This document shows, piece after piece, positions 1 through 8,487 of a stretch of DNA of 32,000 nt. Under the pieces are notes generated by a model. That model saw only the letters and a program-made list of their open reading frames with translations, searched no databases and was not told the origin of the DNA. The first letter of the stretch is position 1; each line of letters opens with the position of its first letter. Location: NCBI RefSeq assembly GCF_000284455.1, contig NC_017039.1, positions 3,450,001 through 3,482,000 of the forward strand, written 5' to 3'. The DNA comes from Synechocystis sp. PCC 6803 substr. PCC-P. Its GTDB lineage: Bacteria; Cyanobacteriota; Cyanobacteriia; Cyanobacteriales; Microcystaceae. A program made the translations under genes and the position numbers.

Positions 1-1
1 C

Positions 2-1069
2 CACATTGCCGAAACCCTGACTAAATTAGAAATTCCCCACACCCCAGGCATTGCCAAAACCGGGATTATGGCGACGGTTGACAGCGGTAAGCCGGGACCT
101 GTGCTGGCCATCCGAGCCGATATGGATGCTCTGCCGGTAACGGAAGAAAATGAAGTAGATTACCGTTCCCTCCACCCCGGTAAAATGCACGCCTGTGGCC
201 ACGACGGTCACACGGCGATCGCCTTAGGCACCGCGCAATATTTAGCGGCCCATCGGGATAGTTTTCGGGGCCAGGTAAAATTCTTTTTTCAGCCAGCGGA
301 GGAAGGCCCTGGTGGTGCCAAGCCCATGATTGAAGCGGGGGTGCTGGAAAATCCGGCGGTGGATGCCATTGTCGGTTTACATTTGTGGAATGACCTACCT
401 GTGGGCACGGTGGGCATCAAGCCGGGGCCAGTAATGGCGGCGGTGGAACACTTTGAATGTCAACTGTTCGGCCAAGGAGGCCACGGAGCCATGCCCCACC
501 AAACCGTGGATACCCTGGTGATCAGTGCCCAAATTGTCATGGCTTTGCAAGGTATTGTGGCCCGCAATTTAAATCCCCTCCAGTCTGCTGTGGTTACTGT
601 GGGACAGTTGCAGTCCGGCACTGCTTTTAACGTCATCCCCGACAGCGCCTATTTCCGGGGCACAGTGCGCTACTTTGACCCCAGTTTTGCTGGTTATTTT
701 GCCCAACGCATTGAGGAAATTATCAAGGGCATTTGCCAGAGTCACGGGGCTAATTACCAATTTACCTACGAAAATATTTATCCCCCCGTGGTTAACGATC
801 GCCGTTTGGCGGATTTGGTGCGATCGGCGGCGGCGGATGTATTACTCACCGATGACCATCTCCAACCGGATTACCAAACCCTAGCAGGGGAAGATATGTC
901 ATTTTTTCTCCAGGCAGTGCCAGGTTGTTACTTCTTCCTAGGGTCTGCCAATGGGGATCTTGGTTTGGCCTATCCCCACCACCATCCCCGCTTCAATTTT
1001 GACGAGGCTGTGTTGCCAGTGGGGGTAGAGCTATTTGTCCGTTGCGTGGAAAGGTTCTGCAATGCCTAG
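2..1069 (+). CDS. M20-family amidohydrolase (N-acyl-L-amino acid amidohydrolase / hippurate hydrolase-like), 5' end cut by window edge
   Basis: The frame of ORF 68..1069 stays open back to nt 2 (HIAETLTKLEIPHTPGIAKTGI precedes the first Met), so the start lies upstream of the window. Family-typical metal-ligand motifs are present: MHACGHDGH, FQPAEEGPGGA, GGHGAMPH. TAG stop at 1067-1069. Confidence 0.85.
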   Translation, partial: HIAETLTKLEIPHTPGIAKTGIMATVDSGKPGPVLAIRADMDALPVTEENEVDYRSLHPGKMHACGHDGHTAIALGTAQYLAAHRDSFRGQVKFFFQPAEEGPGGAKPMIEAGVLENPAVDAIVGLHLWNDLPVGTVGIKPGPVMAAVEHFECQLFGQGGHGAMPHQTVDTLVISAQIVMALQGIVARNLNPLQSAVVTVGQLQSGTAFNVIPDSAYFRGTVRYFDPSFAGYFAQRIEEIIKGICQSHGANYQFTYENIYPPVVNDRRLADLVRSAAADVLLTDDHLQPDYQTLAGEDMSFFLQAVPGCYFFLGSANGDLGLAYPHHHPRFNFDEAVLPVGVELFVRCVERFCNA

Positions 1070-2688
1070 AAGCTGAAGGTGGTACGAATTACCCCCATTA
1101 CCAGGGTGCCATTGGCGTTGTTGTAGTCCGCATTGGGTACCACCACAATACCGGGGGTAATGGAAAGATTGTCACTCACTGCCCACTGGAAAAAGCCTTC
1201 TAGGTGCAAGGAACTGTCAATGTCAGTGGTGGCAATGTCATCGGGGAAGACAATGGAACTACTGCTCACCCAGGGTTGCATACCCACAATAATCCCCGCC
1301 ATATTCCCTTCCTTGATAATGTCGGGGAAAGCCAGGGTCACAGCCCAATTCCAAATATCTAAACTTCCTCTACCAATGCTGGCATCCGCCAGATCTATAG
1401 ATTTGAGGGTGCGGGCCTTAGTAAGGCCTCCCCAACCCCCTAGGACAAAATGGTCGCTCAACTGCCAAGAAAAAGCGGCCCCATAGGCGTTGTGGGAAGT
1501 TTTGGCCGCTTCCCCAAAGGTGGTTTCCGTAAAGTAGCGAAAATTAGAGCGTTGGCTACCGGTGCTAGTGTCCAAGGTGTTATAGCCATAGCTATAGGTT
1601 AAAGCTACGGTCAGATTATCGCTGAAATCATAGTTTACCTGGGCGATCGTGCCAAAACTGCCGTTAAATAATCCTTCTCCCTGGGAAGGATCATTGCCAG
1701 CGGGGGCCAGGTAACCAAGGCTAAGTTGTAATTTATCCCAGGTGCCCTGGAGGGCCGCCCCGGTACCTTCCCCCAAGAAATAGATCGGGCTACGGGTGCC
1801 AAAGGTAGTCAATGCTCCAAAGGCTCCATCCCCGTCTAAAACATTGACTGTATTGGTGAAATCGTCGAAAGCGCCCCCGGCCCCCATGGCCCACAGACGA
1901 ATATTTTCCGTGGCAGGAAAAGTATAGTACAAAACACTATTGCTGAGGTTGCCATCTTCCGGTTCCGTTGCCCCTAACACTGGCTGGAAAGTACCGGCAA
2001 TGGGGCCATAGTCTTCTAAATTGCCACTGGATAGGCGAATGAACAGATCGTCATCTCCCCGAAAGCTAGTATTGAGCTCCAAACGGGTGCGGTAACCCAA
2101 GGTGGTGTTTCTGGTAATTGATTCAGTGCCATTATTTTTGTCGCCGCTGACAATGCCACTCAGGGCCGTCACCACCTGTCCACTTAATTTGGTGGTGGTG
2201 GAAAATTGATGGTCTTCCAGGTAAGCTGTGCGGACTTCCAAATTATCAACCCGGGCCCCCAGGGCGGCCAATTCCCCCTGAAACTCCTGGGCTAAGCGCT
2301 TCAACTTATCAACGTCTTCCCGTAAAACCGCTACGTTCTCCTGGATTAACCGCTCCATGACGTTCATGCAGGCATTTAGTCCCGCAGCAAATTCCCAACG
2401 GGATAGGGCTCCATCGCCGCGAAAAGTGCGGTCAGGATAACCAACAATGCAACCGTAGCGCTCCACTAAACTTTTGAGTGCTTCGTAGGCCCAGGCGGTG
2501 GGCTGCACATCCCTAAGCTCCGACACGGAAGTGATCTGTCCCATGGGGTTGGAGTCCATCTCTTCCACGGATTGACCGAACTGCAAAGGTTCAATTTTGC
2601 CCCCTGGTTCGGCTAAAGCTTCCCCCCCTCCCCCGGCGATCGCCATCAGGGCACCCAAACCCCACACTAGTGACAGTTTTCTTAACAT
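1066..2688 (-). CDS. Outer-membrane porin, SLH domain + coiled coil + OprB-type beta-barrel (cyanobacterial major OMP family)
   Basis: Signal peptide MLRKLSLVWGLGALMAIAGGGGEALA. SLH-like segment LRDVQPTAWAYEALKSLVERYGCIVGYPDRTFRGDGALSRWEFAAGL. Then a coiled coil and alternating beta-strand sequence ending in the aromatic terminus TTFSF. The track start at 2700 is GTG. I prefer ATG 2688 because GAGGA lies 5 nt upstream. Confidence 0.85.
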   Translation of the reverse strand: MLRKLSLVWGLGALMAIAGGGGEALAEPGGKIEPLQFGQSVEEMDSNPMGQITSVSELRDVQPTAWAYEALKSLVERYGCIVGYPDRTFRGDGALSRWEFAAGLNACMNVMERLIQENVAVLREDVDKLKRLAQEFQGELAALGARVDNLEVRTAYLEDHQFSTTTKLSGQVVTALSGIVSGDKNNGTESITRNTTLGYRTRLELNTSFRGDDDLFIRLSSGNLEDYGPIAGTFQPVLGATEPEDGNLSNSVLYYTFPATENIRLWAMGAGGAFDDFTNTVNVLDGDGAFGALTTFGTRSPIYFLGEGTGAALQGTWDKLQLSLGYLAPAGNDPSQGEGLFNGSFGTIAQVNYDFSDNLTVALTYSYGYNTLDTSTGSQRSNFRYFTETTFGEAAKTSHNAYGAAFSWQLSDHFVLGGWGGLTKARTLKSIDLADASIGRGSLDIWNWAVTLAFPDIIKEGNMAGIIVGMQPWVSSSSIVFPDDIATTDIDSSLHLEGFFQWAVSDNLSITPGIVVVPNADYNNANGTLVMGVIRTTFSF

Positions 2689-2797
2689 AGGAGTCCTCAC
2701 ACCCTAGGAATTAGCCAACAAATTATCGAGAATATAGGCAACAGCCAAGGGAAAAACAATGCCCTTCCTCCCCATGGCCATCACGGGCAAACTTCTA

Positions 2798-2816
2798 AAT
2801 AATGATAATCATTATC
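2798..2816. promoter_or_regulatory. Fur box (AATAATGATAATCATTATC), 18/19 match to the classical GATAATGATAATCATTATC consensus
   Basis: Read directly from the sequence. It contains the perfect 17-bp palindrome ATGATAAT-C-ATTATCAT (2802-2818). It lies about 110 nt upstream of the porin ATG (2688), in the spacer after the preceding minus-strand gene. Confidence 0.6.
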
Positions 2817-2881
2817 ATAGCATGGGCTTTTCTGGAATTTTTTAGATAGATGGTTTCACCAAGCCGATTACTTCCTAATCC

Positions 2882-3598
2882 TTACTGGCCAAGCTCTAAC
2901 CACTCTTCCGCCCGTACATTAGCCACCAACGTAAACTGATCACCACCTAGGGGCTTAACCACATAGGCCATGCCCTGGGGATCGGGATAAATTCCAGTTG
3001 CCGCCTCAAATAGATCGTCATGGCCAACAACAACATTATTAGTTCCAGGGGCAGGAATTTCGGTTAAAAATGGCATTAACAACGCTTTCATTTGGGCAAT
3101 TTGTTCTGGGCTATAGTCTTCCGCTTTGGGAAAATTAAGGTCGCCATTTTTTTCGTATCGTCCAAAGGCTAAATCCGCTGTTTGCCAGGCTCGACAATAT
3201 TGACTGGAAAAAACTTTGTCGTAGGGAATGGCGTATTTTTTGAATGCTTCACCGATCGCCTTGGCCTGTTGCCAACCGACCTCGCTTAAAGTCCTTTGGG
3301 TGGCGCAGTTACCCATTTCCGCTGTGACTTGGTCAGCATAATCCTTTTCTGTTTGGCCATGGCGAATGTAAATGACATACCCTCCCTGACGTAATGCTTC
3401 TAGCAAATCTTTCTTATTTAACTTGTCCTGAAAATCACGGTTAGCCTGTTCTCCTGGGGTCATTTCTTGCGCCGCAACCTTGGCTAGCTCTAGGTTTAGA
3501 CCGCTAATTAAGCTGGGATTATTGGGGGAAAAGGAAACTTCCATGGATTGCACCCACAACATAACCCCAAATAATAGCAACCGGTTAGCCCATTTCAT
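2882..3598 (-). CDS. Secreted histidine phosphatase family protein (phosphoglycerate-mutase-like fold)
   Basis: Catalytic RHG motif in YVIYIRHGQTE and a second His in VVVGHDDLF. N-terminal signal-like segment MKWANRLLLFGVMLWVQS. The track start at 3604 is TTG. ATG 3598 is preceded by AAGGAG at 7-nt spacing. Confidence 0.75.
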   Translation of the reverse strand: MKWANRLLLFGVMLWVQSMEVSFSPNNPSLISGLNLELAKVAAQEMTPGEQANRDFQDKLNKKDLLEALRQGGYVIYIRHGQTEKDYADQVTAEMGNCATQRTLSEVGWQQAKAIGEAFKKYAIPYDKVFSSQYCRAWQTADLAFGRYEKNGDLNFPKAEDYSPEQIAQMKALLMPFLTEIPAPGTNNVVVGHDDLFEAATGIYPDPQGMAYVVKPLGGDQFTLVANVRAEEWLELGQ

Positions 3599-4102
3599 CA
3601 GCAAGCTCCTTAATAAAAATAATTTTCATTTAATCCCGGCAATTATCCTAGGGCTAAATAGGAGTTACTGTCAATAGACGAAAAAATGAACGGGTGAAAT
3701 GCCCCTAGCAACCGAAGGCTTCAGTCCGCACCTTTTGAAGATTGACCAACGGCGATCGGACAACTTCAGGCAGGCAGGGGGCATTATTTGAATATTGCAA
3801 ACATCGTCTTTTGCTCTATGGTTTTAATTTGCCCAGACCATGAAAAGCGAACTGGGGCAGATTGAAGAGGATTATAAAAAGAGAAAAAATTTGGCTCGTG
3901 GGGAAAATTCCATCCAAAGAAAGCCTCCAAAGTAGAGATCCCAGGCGGAAAAGCCGCTGTTGAGTGGAGGTCAATAAAACTTAATGAATTTTTTTAAAGC
4001 TAAAAGCCATTTTCCTCGCAAAACGTCCCCCCGTGCGTAAAATGGGGACTAAAGTTTTGTCACGTCCCTGACGAAATTCTTTAATAGGAGAACTCAATAC
4101 CA

Positions 4103-4576
4103 ATGGCTGAATCTAACCAAGTTGTACAAGCCTATAACGGCGATCCTTTTGTGGGGCATCTTTCCACCCCCATTTCCGACTCCGCTTTCACCCGCACTTT
4201 TATCGGCAATTTGCCCGCCTATCGCAAAGGCCTTTCCCCCATCCTCAGAGGTTTGGAAGTGGGCATGGCCCACGGTTACTTCTTGATTGGCCCCTGGACC
4301 CTGCTGGGCCCGCTGCGGGATTCTGAGTACCAGTACATTGGTGGTCTGATCGGAGCTTTGGCTTTGATCCTGGTGGCTACCGCTGCTCTTAGTAGCTATG
4401 GACTGGTTACCTTCCAAGGGGAACAGGGTTCCGGCGACACTCTGCAAACAGCCGATGGTTGGAGCCAATTTGCTGCTGGCTTTTTTGTGGGTGGCATGGG
4501 AGGTGCCTTTGTGGCTTACTTCCTGTTGGAAAACCTCAGCGTTGTGGATGGGATTTTCCGGGGTCTATTTAACTAA
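4103..4576 (+). CDS. psaL: Photosystem I subunit XI (PsaL)
   Basis: 157-aa product recognised as PsaL: AYNGDPFVGHLSTPISDSAFTRTFIGNLPAYRKGLSPILRGLEVGMAHGYFLIGPW plus C-terminal transmembrane helices. AGGAG lies upstream and psaI follows, as in cyanobacterial psaL-psaI operons. Confidence 0.95.
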   Translation: MAESNQVVQAYNGDPFVGHLSTPISDSAFTRTFIGNLPAYRKGLSPILRGLEVGMAHGYFLIGPWTLLGPLRDSEYQYIGGLIGALALILVATAALSSYGLVTFQGEQGSGDTLQTADGWSQFAAGFFVGGMGGAFVAYFLLENLSVVDGIFRGLFN

Positions 4577-4666
4577 ATAACCTTATAACCTTTAAACTGT
4601 TTCAATTTTGCCGTTGCCACGACGGCCTGAGCTTACAATCATCCAATTAATAAGGAGTATTAACTA

Positions 4667-4789
4667 ATGGACGGTTCCTACGCTGCATCTTACCTGCCTT
4701 GGATTTTGATTCCTATGGTGGGTTGGTTATTTCCCGCTGTGACCATGGGGTTGCTTTTCATTCACATTGAGAGTGAAGGCGAAGGTTAG
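4667..4789 (+). CDS. psaI: Photosystem I subunit VIII (PsaI), 40 aa, below the ORF-track length cut-off
   Basis: Hand translation: ATG 4667 ... TAG 4787-4789 gives [40 protein letters not shown]. This is a single transmembrane helix typical of PsaI. AAGGAG lies 9 nt upstream and the gene sits 90 nt after psaL. Confidence 0.9.
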   Translation: MDGSYAASYLPWILIPMVGWLFPAVTMGLLFIHIESEGEG

Positions 4790-4897
4790 GCTGGAAAGGT
4801 TTGAAGACTAATGGTCTTTTAATTGAAAATGTCTAACCATCTTTGGGTGGGTCAGGATTCCTCCGTTATGCGGGGGATTGGACATTTTGATTTGTTA

Positions 4898-4925
4898 CTC
4901 CGCCAGCGGGTGGGGTATTTTTTTT
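4898..4925 (+). terminator. Candidate intrinsic terminator of psaL-psaI
   Basis: Stem CTCCGCC / GGGTGGG (7 bp including two G-U pairs) with loop AGCG, followed by TA and a run of 8 T (4918-4925). It lies inside the TTG-extended N-terminus of the murG track ORF. This argues that murG starts at ATG 4974. Confidence 0.45.
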
Positions 4926-4973
4926 GTGGGCTTATCAAAGGCTTGTGTAGTTTTTAACGGATATTTGGGCAAG

Positions 4974-6041
4974 ATGACTGAACCGATTCGTTTACTAATT
5001 GCCGCCAGTGGCACGGGGGGGCATCTTTTTCCGGCTTTGGCCCTGGCCCAGCAGTTGCCGGACTATGAAATTATCTGGTTGGGGGTGCCCGATCGCCTGG
5101 AGACGACCTTGGTACCCCGGCAATATCCTTTGCAAACGATCCCGGTGGAAGGTTTCCAGGGACGGCCCAGCTTAAAAACAATCAAGATTGGCTGGAATTT
5201 ATTACGGTCAGTATTCACGGTTAGAAAACTGATTAAGAGCAAAAAAATTAATGCTGTGGCGACCACAGGGGGTTATATTGCCGCTCCGGCCATTGTGGCA
5301 GCTAAATTATGCAACATTCCGGTAATTTTCCACGAATCTAACTTTATTCCCGGTAAAGTAACCACTTGGTTGGGCCGTTGGTGCGACACAGTGGCGATCG
5401 GTTTCCGGGGCACAGCCAAATATCTGCCCAATTGTGCAACGGTTTGGATTAGCACCCCCGTGCGGGAGCAATTTCGTCAGCCCCAGTCTTTGGATTTGCC
5501 CATTCCCCCAAACAGAAGCTTAATTGTGGTGGCAGGAGGTTCTCAGGGAGCAGTGACAGTCAATCAACAAGTTCGTAGTTGTGTGCCTGCTTGGGTAAAT
5601 GCGGGGGCCTTTATTGTCCATTTGACCGGCAAGAACGATCCGGAAGCGGCCACCTTTAGCCATGACCATTATTTATCCCTGGAATTTTTCGATAATATGG
5701 CGGCCCTGTTGCAAAAGGCGGATTTAGCCATTAGCAGAGCCGGAGCGGGCACCCTAACCGAATTGGCTGTCACCCAGACCCCCTCCATTTTAATTCCCTA
5801 TCCCTTTGCGGCGGAAAATCATCAGATGTATAACGCCCAGGTGTTTGTTGATGCCGGGGCCGCCCTAATGTTTGCCCAAAAATCCCTGACGGCGGAACAG
5901 TTGGAACAAGCTGGGCTAGACCTGCTCCAGAGTCCAGAAAATTTGGCTACCATGGCCAAAGCTGCTGGCACATTGGCTGACCTCGATAGTGCAGAACAGT
6001 TAGCGGCGATCGTCCGGGCATCAGTGGAAAAATCCCGCTGA
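4974..6041 (+). CDS. murG: UDP-N-acetylglucosamine--N-acetylmuramyl-(pentapeptide) pyrophosphoryl-undecaprenol GlcNAc transferase (MurG)
   Basis: N-terminal G-loop LLIAASGTGGHLFPALALA and C-terminal AGAGTLTELA / PYPFAAENHQMYNA motifs of the GT28 MurG family. The track start 4878 is TTG with a non-homologous leader, so I used ATG 4974 (MTEPIRLLIAASG). Confidence 0.9.
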   Translation: MTEPIRLLIAASGTGGHLFPALALAQQLPDYEIIWLGVPDRLETTLVPRQYPLQTIPVEGFQGRPSLKTIKIGWNLLRSVFTVRKLIKSKKINAVATTGGYIAAPAIVAAKLCNIPVIFHESNFIPGKVTTWLGRWCDTVAIGFRGTAKYLPNCATVWISTPVREQFRQPQSLDLPIPPNRSLIVVAGGSQGAVTVNQQVRSCVPAWVNAGAFIVHLTGKNDPEAATFSHDHYLSLEFFDNMAALLQKADLAISRAGAGTLTELAVTQTPSILIPYPFAAENHQMYNAQVFVDAGAALMFAQKSLTAEQLEQAGLDLLQSPENLATMAKAAGTLADLDSAEQLAAIVRASVEKSR

Positions 6042-6424
6042 CATTGACCCAGCCTGCTGCAACGTAGTCACTGGGTTCATCCAAAAGACTGTTGTAAAAT
6101 CCAACCTAATTTTCCCCAAGCTTGGGGGAAACTCGGGAAAGGTTTCCTAGTCAGTCGATTTAAGGGCAAACCCGAACTTTGCCAACACCTCCCAAATCAA
6201 GATAAAACTTGATCACTATTTTTAGTTTGTGAATCTATGGGAAAAACAATGCCAGCTCCGTTTCCCTGCCCCAACTAAGCAGAGGATAATTAAACACCAA
6301 TCTAGGGAAAATAGTCCTGGGTAAGCAGTCATTCCTAACCAAGTGAGTTACATTGAATAACCTAGGTAAGTAAATAAACTCACTCAAAAATTTCCGGATC
6401 CTATCCCCGTCTTCGCTCCCCACT

Positions 6425-7252
6425 ATGACTACGACAGAATTAACGGCGGCCACCCTAACTCAACTTCAGCAAGAAATTAATCGGTTACAACGGGAAAATG
6501 ATGATCTCCACATTGCCTTGACCACGATCGCCGAACATGGGGACATGATCGAGTCATTGCTGAATGAAACCAATGTCAAGCTCAGAAGCGAAATCCTGGA
6601 ACGACAGCGGGCAGAGGCGAAGTTACAAAATATTCTCAGTTTAATTTCCCGGGAAAAGGAAGACCTAGAAATTATTGTGGAAACCATCATGCAACATGGG
6701 GACGTGGTGGATGCCCAATGGCGACAAAAACTAGGGGAAACCGCAGAGTTACTTAACCTCGATAGCCTCACCCAGGTTTCCAACCGCCGCCATTTTGACC
6801 TCCATCTGGCCCAACAATGGGAACGGGCCATGGATAGCCAAGAGGCGATCGCCCTGATTTTATGTGATATCGACCATTTCAAACAATTCAACGACTTCTA
6901 CGGCCACCTCAGTGGGGATGACTGTTTGCGGCGCATTGCCAAAACCCTCAGTGCCACCCTCCGCAACCCGTTTGATCTTTTTGCTCGCTACGGTGGTGAA
7001 GAATTTGGTGTAATTTTGCCCCAGGTGACCAGTGAAGCTGCCCAGCAGATTGCTAAACGGATGCAGGCCTCTCTGACAATGCTAGAAATTCCCCATCACC
7101 ATTCCCCCACTAGCGAATTCGTCACCATGTCCTTTGGCATCGGTCGCCTGTATCCCCAGCCGGGACAACTCCCCCTAGACCTAATTGCCCAAGCGGACGA
7201 AAATCTTTACAAGGCGAAACGCCAGGGCCGGAACTGCATTTTCGGCCATTGA
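6425..7252 (+). CDS. Diguanylate cyclase (GGDEF domain) with N-terminal coiled coil carrying two HGD-motif repeats
   Basis: GGDEF domain LTQVSNRRHFDLHL ... LCDIDHFKQFNDFYGHLSGDDCL ... ARYGGEEFGVILP ... ADENLYKAKRQGRN, with an intact GGEEF active site. The I-site position reads RNPFD rather than RxxD. Confidence 0.85.
   Translation: MTTTELTAATLTQLQQEINRLQRENDDLHIALTTIAEHGDMIESLLNETNVKLRSEILERQRAEAKLQNILSLISREKEDLEIIVETIMQHGDVVDAQWRQKLGETAELLNLDSLTQVSNRRHFDLHLAQQWERAMDSQEAIALILCDIDHFKQFNDFYGHLSGDDCLRRIAKTLSATLRNPFDLFARYGGEEFGVILPQVTSEAAQQIAKRMQASLTMLEIPHHHSPTSEFVTMSFGIGRLYPQPGQLPLDLIAQADENLYKAKRQGRNCIFGH
6845..6852. repeat. HIP1 octamer GCGATCGC (last copy before a 4.9-kb gap)
   Basis: Read directly from the sequence. 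Confidence 0.95.
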
Positions 7253-7294
7253 TTTTTCGAATAAACCAAGTGAGCTAGTCCCATAGACATAACC

Positions 7295-7894
7295 ATGAGC
7301 ACTGACCAAACCAACGTCAGACAATGGGGAGAGTTCCTCGATCCCATTCCCCCCAGCGACGAATTTCTGACCCTAAACTTTTCCCTCGACCGGGTAAATC
7401 GTTTACAACGCTGGCGCAACTATGGCCTGTCAGCAGACTTTTTGGGGGACTACTTTGCCACCTTTTTTCCCGGCAACGGAGCAGACGACGGCCTTAGTCA
7501 GCGGGACACCATCAAAGGCTCCGTCAGTTATATTGCCAACGAATTGTTGGAAAACGCCGTTAAATACAGCACCACCGACCATGATTGTCCCATCACCATT
7601 ACTCTCCATCTCTACGACCATAAATTAATTTTTGAGACCAGTAATATTTCTCCCCTGCCAACCACCATTGACTATGAGAATTTCATCAAAGTGCTATTAG
7701 AGGCAGATCCGCTGGAGCTATACATGGAACGACTAGAAAAATCCGCCCTGGAAGATTGCGAAGCGTCCCAGATCGGCTTGTTGACTATGATTAACGATTA
7801 CCAAGCTCAGTTTGGTTGGCGATTTGTCCCGGTTTCCGGTTCCGAGGATTTGATCAAAGTTACGGTGATGACTCACTTGGGTGTCGAAATTTGA
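7295..7894 (+). CDS. GHKL/HATPase_c-like protein (RsbW/SpoIIAB-like anti-sigma kinase fold, degenerate ATP-lid)
   Basis: N-box-like IANELLENAVKYS and G2-like ASQIGLLTMIND. The position where a DxGxG G1 box is expected reads ETSNISPLP. The gene starts 42 nt after the GGDEF gene. I believe RefSeq names a family after this locus (slr1658); I know of no biochemical function. Confidence 0.6.
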   Translation: MSTDQTNVRQWGEFLDPIPPSDEFLTLNFSLDRVNRLQRWRNYGLSADFLGDYFATFFPGNGADDGLSQRDTIKGSVSYIANELLENAVKYSTTDHDCPITITLHLYDHKLIFETSNISPLPTTIDYENFIKVLLEADPLELYMERLEKSALEDCEASQIGLLTMINDYQAQFGWRFVPVSGSEDLIKVTVMTHLGVEI

Positions 7895-7956
7895 GCAGTG
7901 GTAGCTAAGAAAAAATTATTCTCCCCAAATCCCTAATTTTATTGCGACCTATTCCC

Positions 7957-8298
7957 ATGGAAATAACCACTGAAGACTATCGGATTTACTTTGAAGAGGC
8001 CAACAAGACCCTTTACTTTCGGGGCTTTTTGCGGTTGGAAGGCATGAAGGAATATCAGCCCATTATGAACACCATGCTGGAGATTTTGTCTGATTGTAGT
8101 GAGCTGATCATTAACTTAGAGGGGTTAGAATTTCTCAATAGTTCCGGCATCAGCATGCTGTCTATGTTTGTGATGAAGGTGCGGGGTAAGGAAGACACCA
8201 GCCTAGTTTTTAAGGGTTCTAAAAACATTCTCTGGCAAATGAAATCCTTGAGAAACCTCCAACGACTGATGCCTGATTTAACCTTGGAATTCGTCTAA
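7957..8298 (+). CDS. STAS-like protein (anti-sigma-factor-antagonist fold)
   Basis: INLEGLEFLNSSGISMLSMFV matches the STAS pattern (L..v.fiDSSGl..L), with Ser at the phospho-acceptor position (codons 8140-8145). The track start 7942 is TTG, so I used ATG 7957. The gene starts 62 nt after the GHKL-like gene. Confidence 0.6.
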   Translation: MEITTEDYRIYFEEANKTLYFRGFLRLEGMKEYQPIMNTMLEILSDCSELIINLEGLEFLNSSGISMLSMFVMKVRGKEDTSLVFKGSKNILWQMKSLRNLQRLMPDLTLEFV

Positions 8299-8487
8299 AA
8301 TTCTCGATGGGAAACGTGGCTAGGTTAATATTCCCTCTCTTGATCTACTGGTGTTGGGAATGGCAAGCCATCGGACAATTTTCCCCCTCTTGGTTGTGGT
8401 TGACCCAAAGCTCACCCCAGGTTTTTACCGGCTGAAATAGTTCTGCCAAAGCTAGACTAGGAAACTCCACCTTCTCAATTTCTCCCT

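Noticed and set aside
1066-1069. Convergent genes share their stop codons within CTAG.
   Set aside because: This is real but trivial: tight packing of convergent genes, with no terminator or regulatory structure visible.
3840-3935. 31-codon ORF (MKSELGQIEEDYKKRKNLARGENSIQRKPPK) in the 500-bp spacer upstream of psaL.
   Set aside because: It has no SD, a highly basic low-complexity product and no recognisable family. It is likely a chance ORF in A-rich promoter DNA.
6466-6891. 141-aa minus-strand ORF antisense to the GGDEF gene. Similar long antisense ORFs occur at 1133..1486, 8601..8873, 12773..13033, 13855..14265, 13995..14336, 17868..18173 and 28381..28776.
   Set aside because: Each lies wholly inside a gene with clear family motifs on the other strand. 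Their products are R/S/C/W-rich, as expected from reverse-reading a biased coding frame. None has an SD or recognisable motif.
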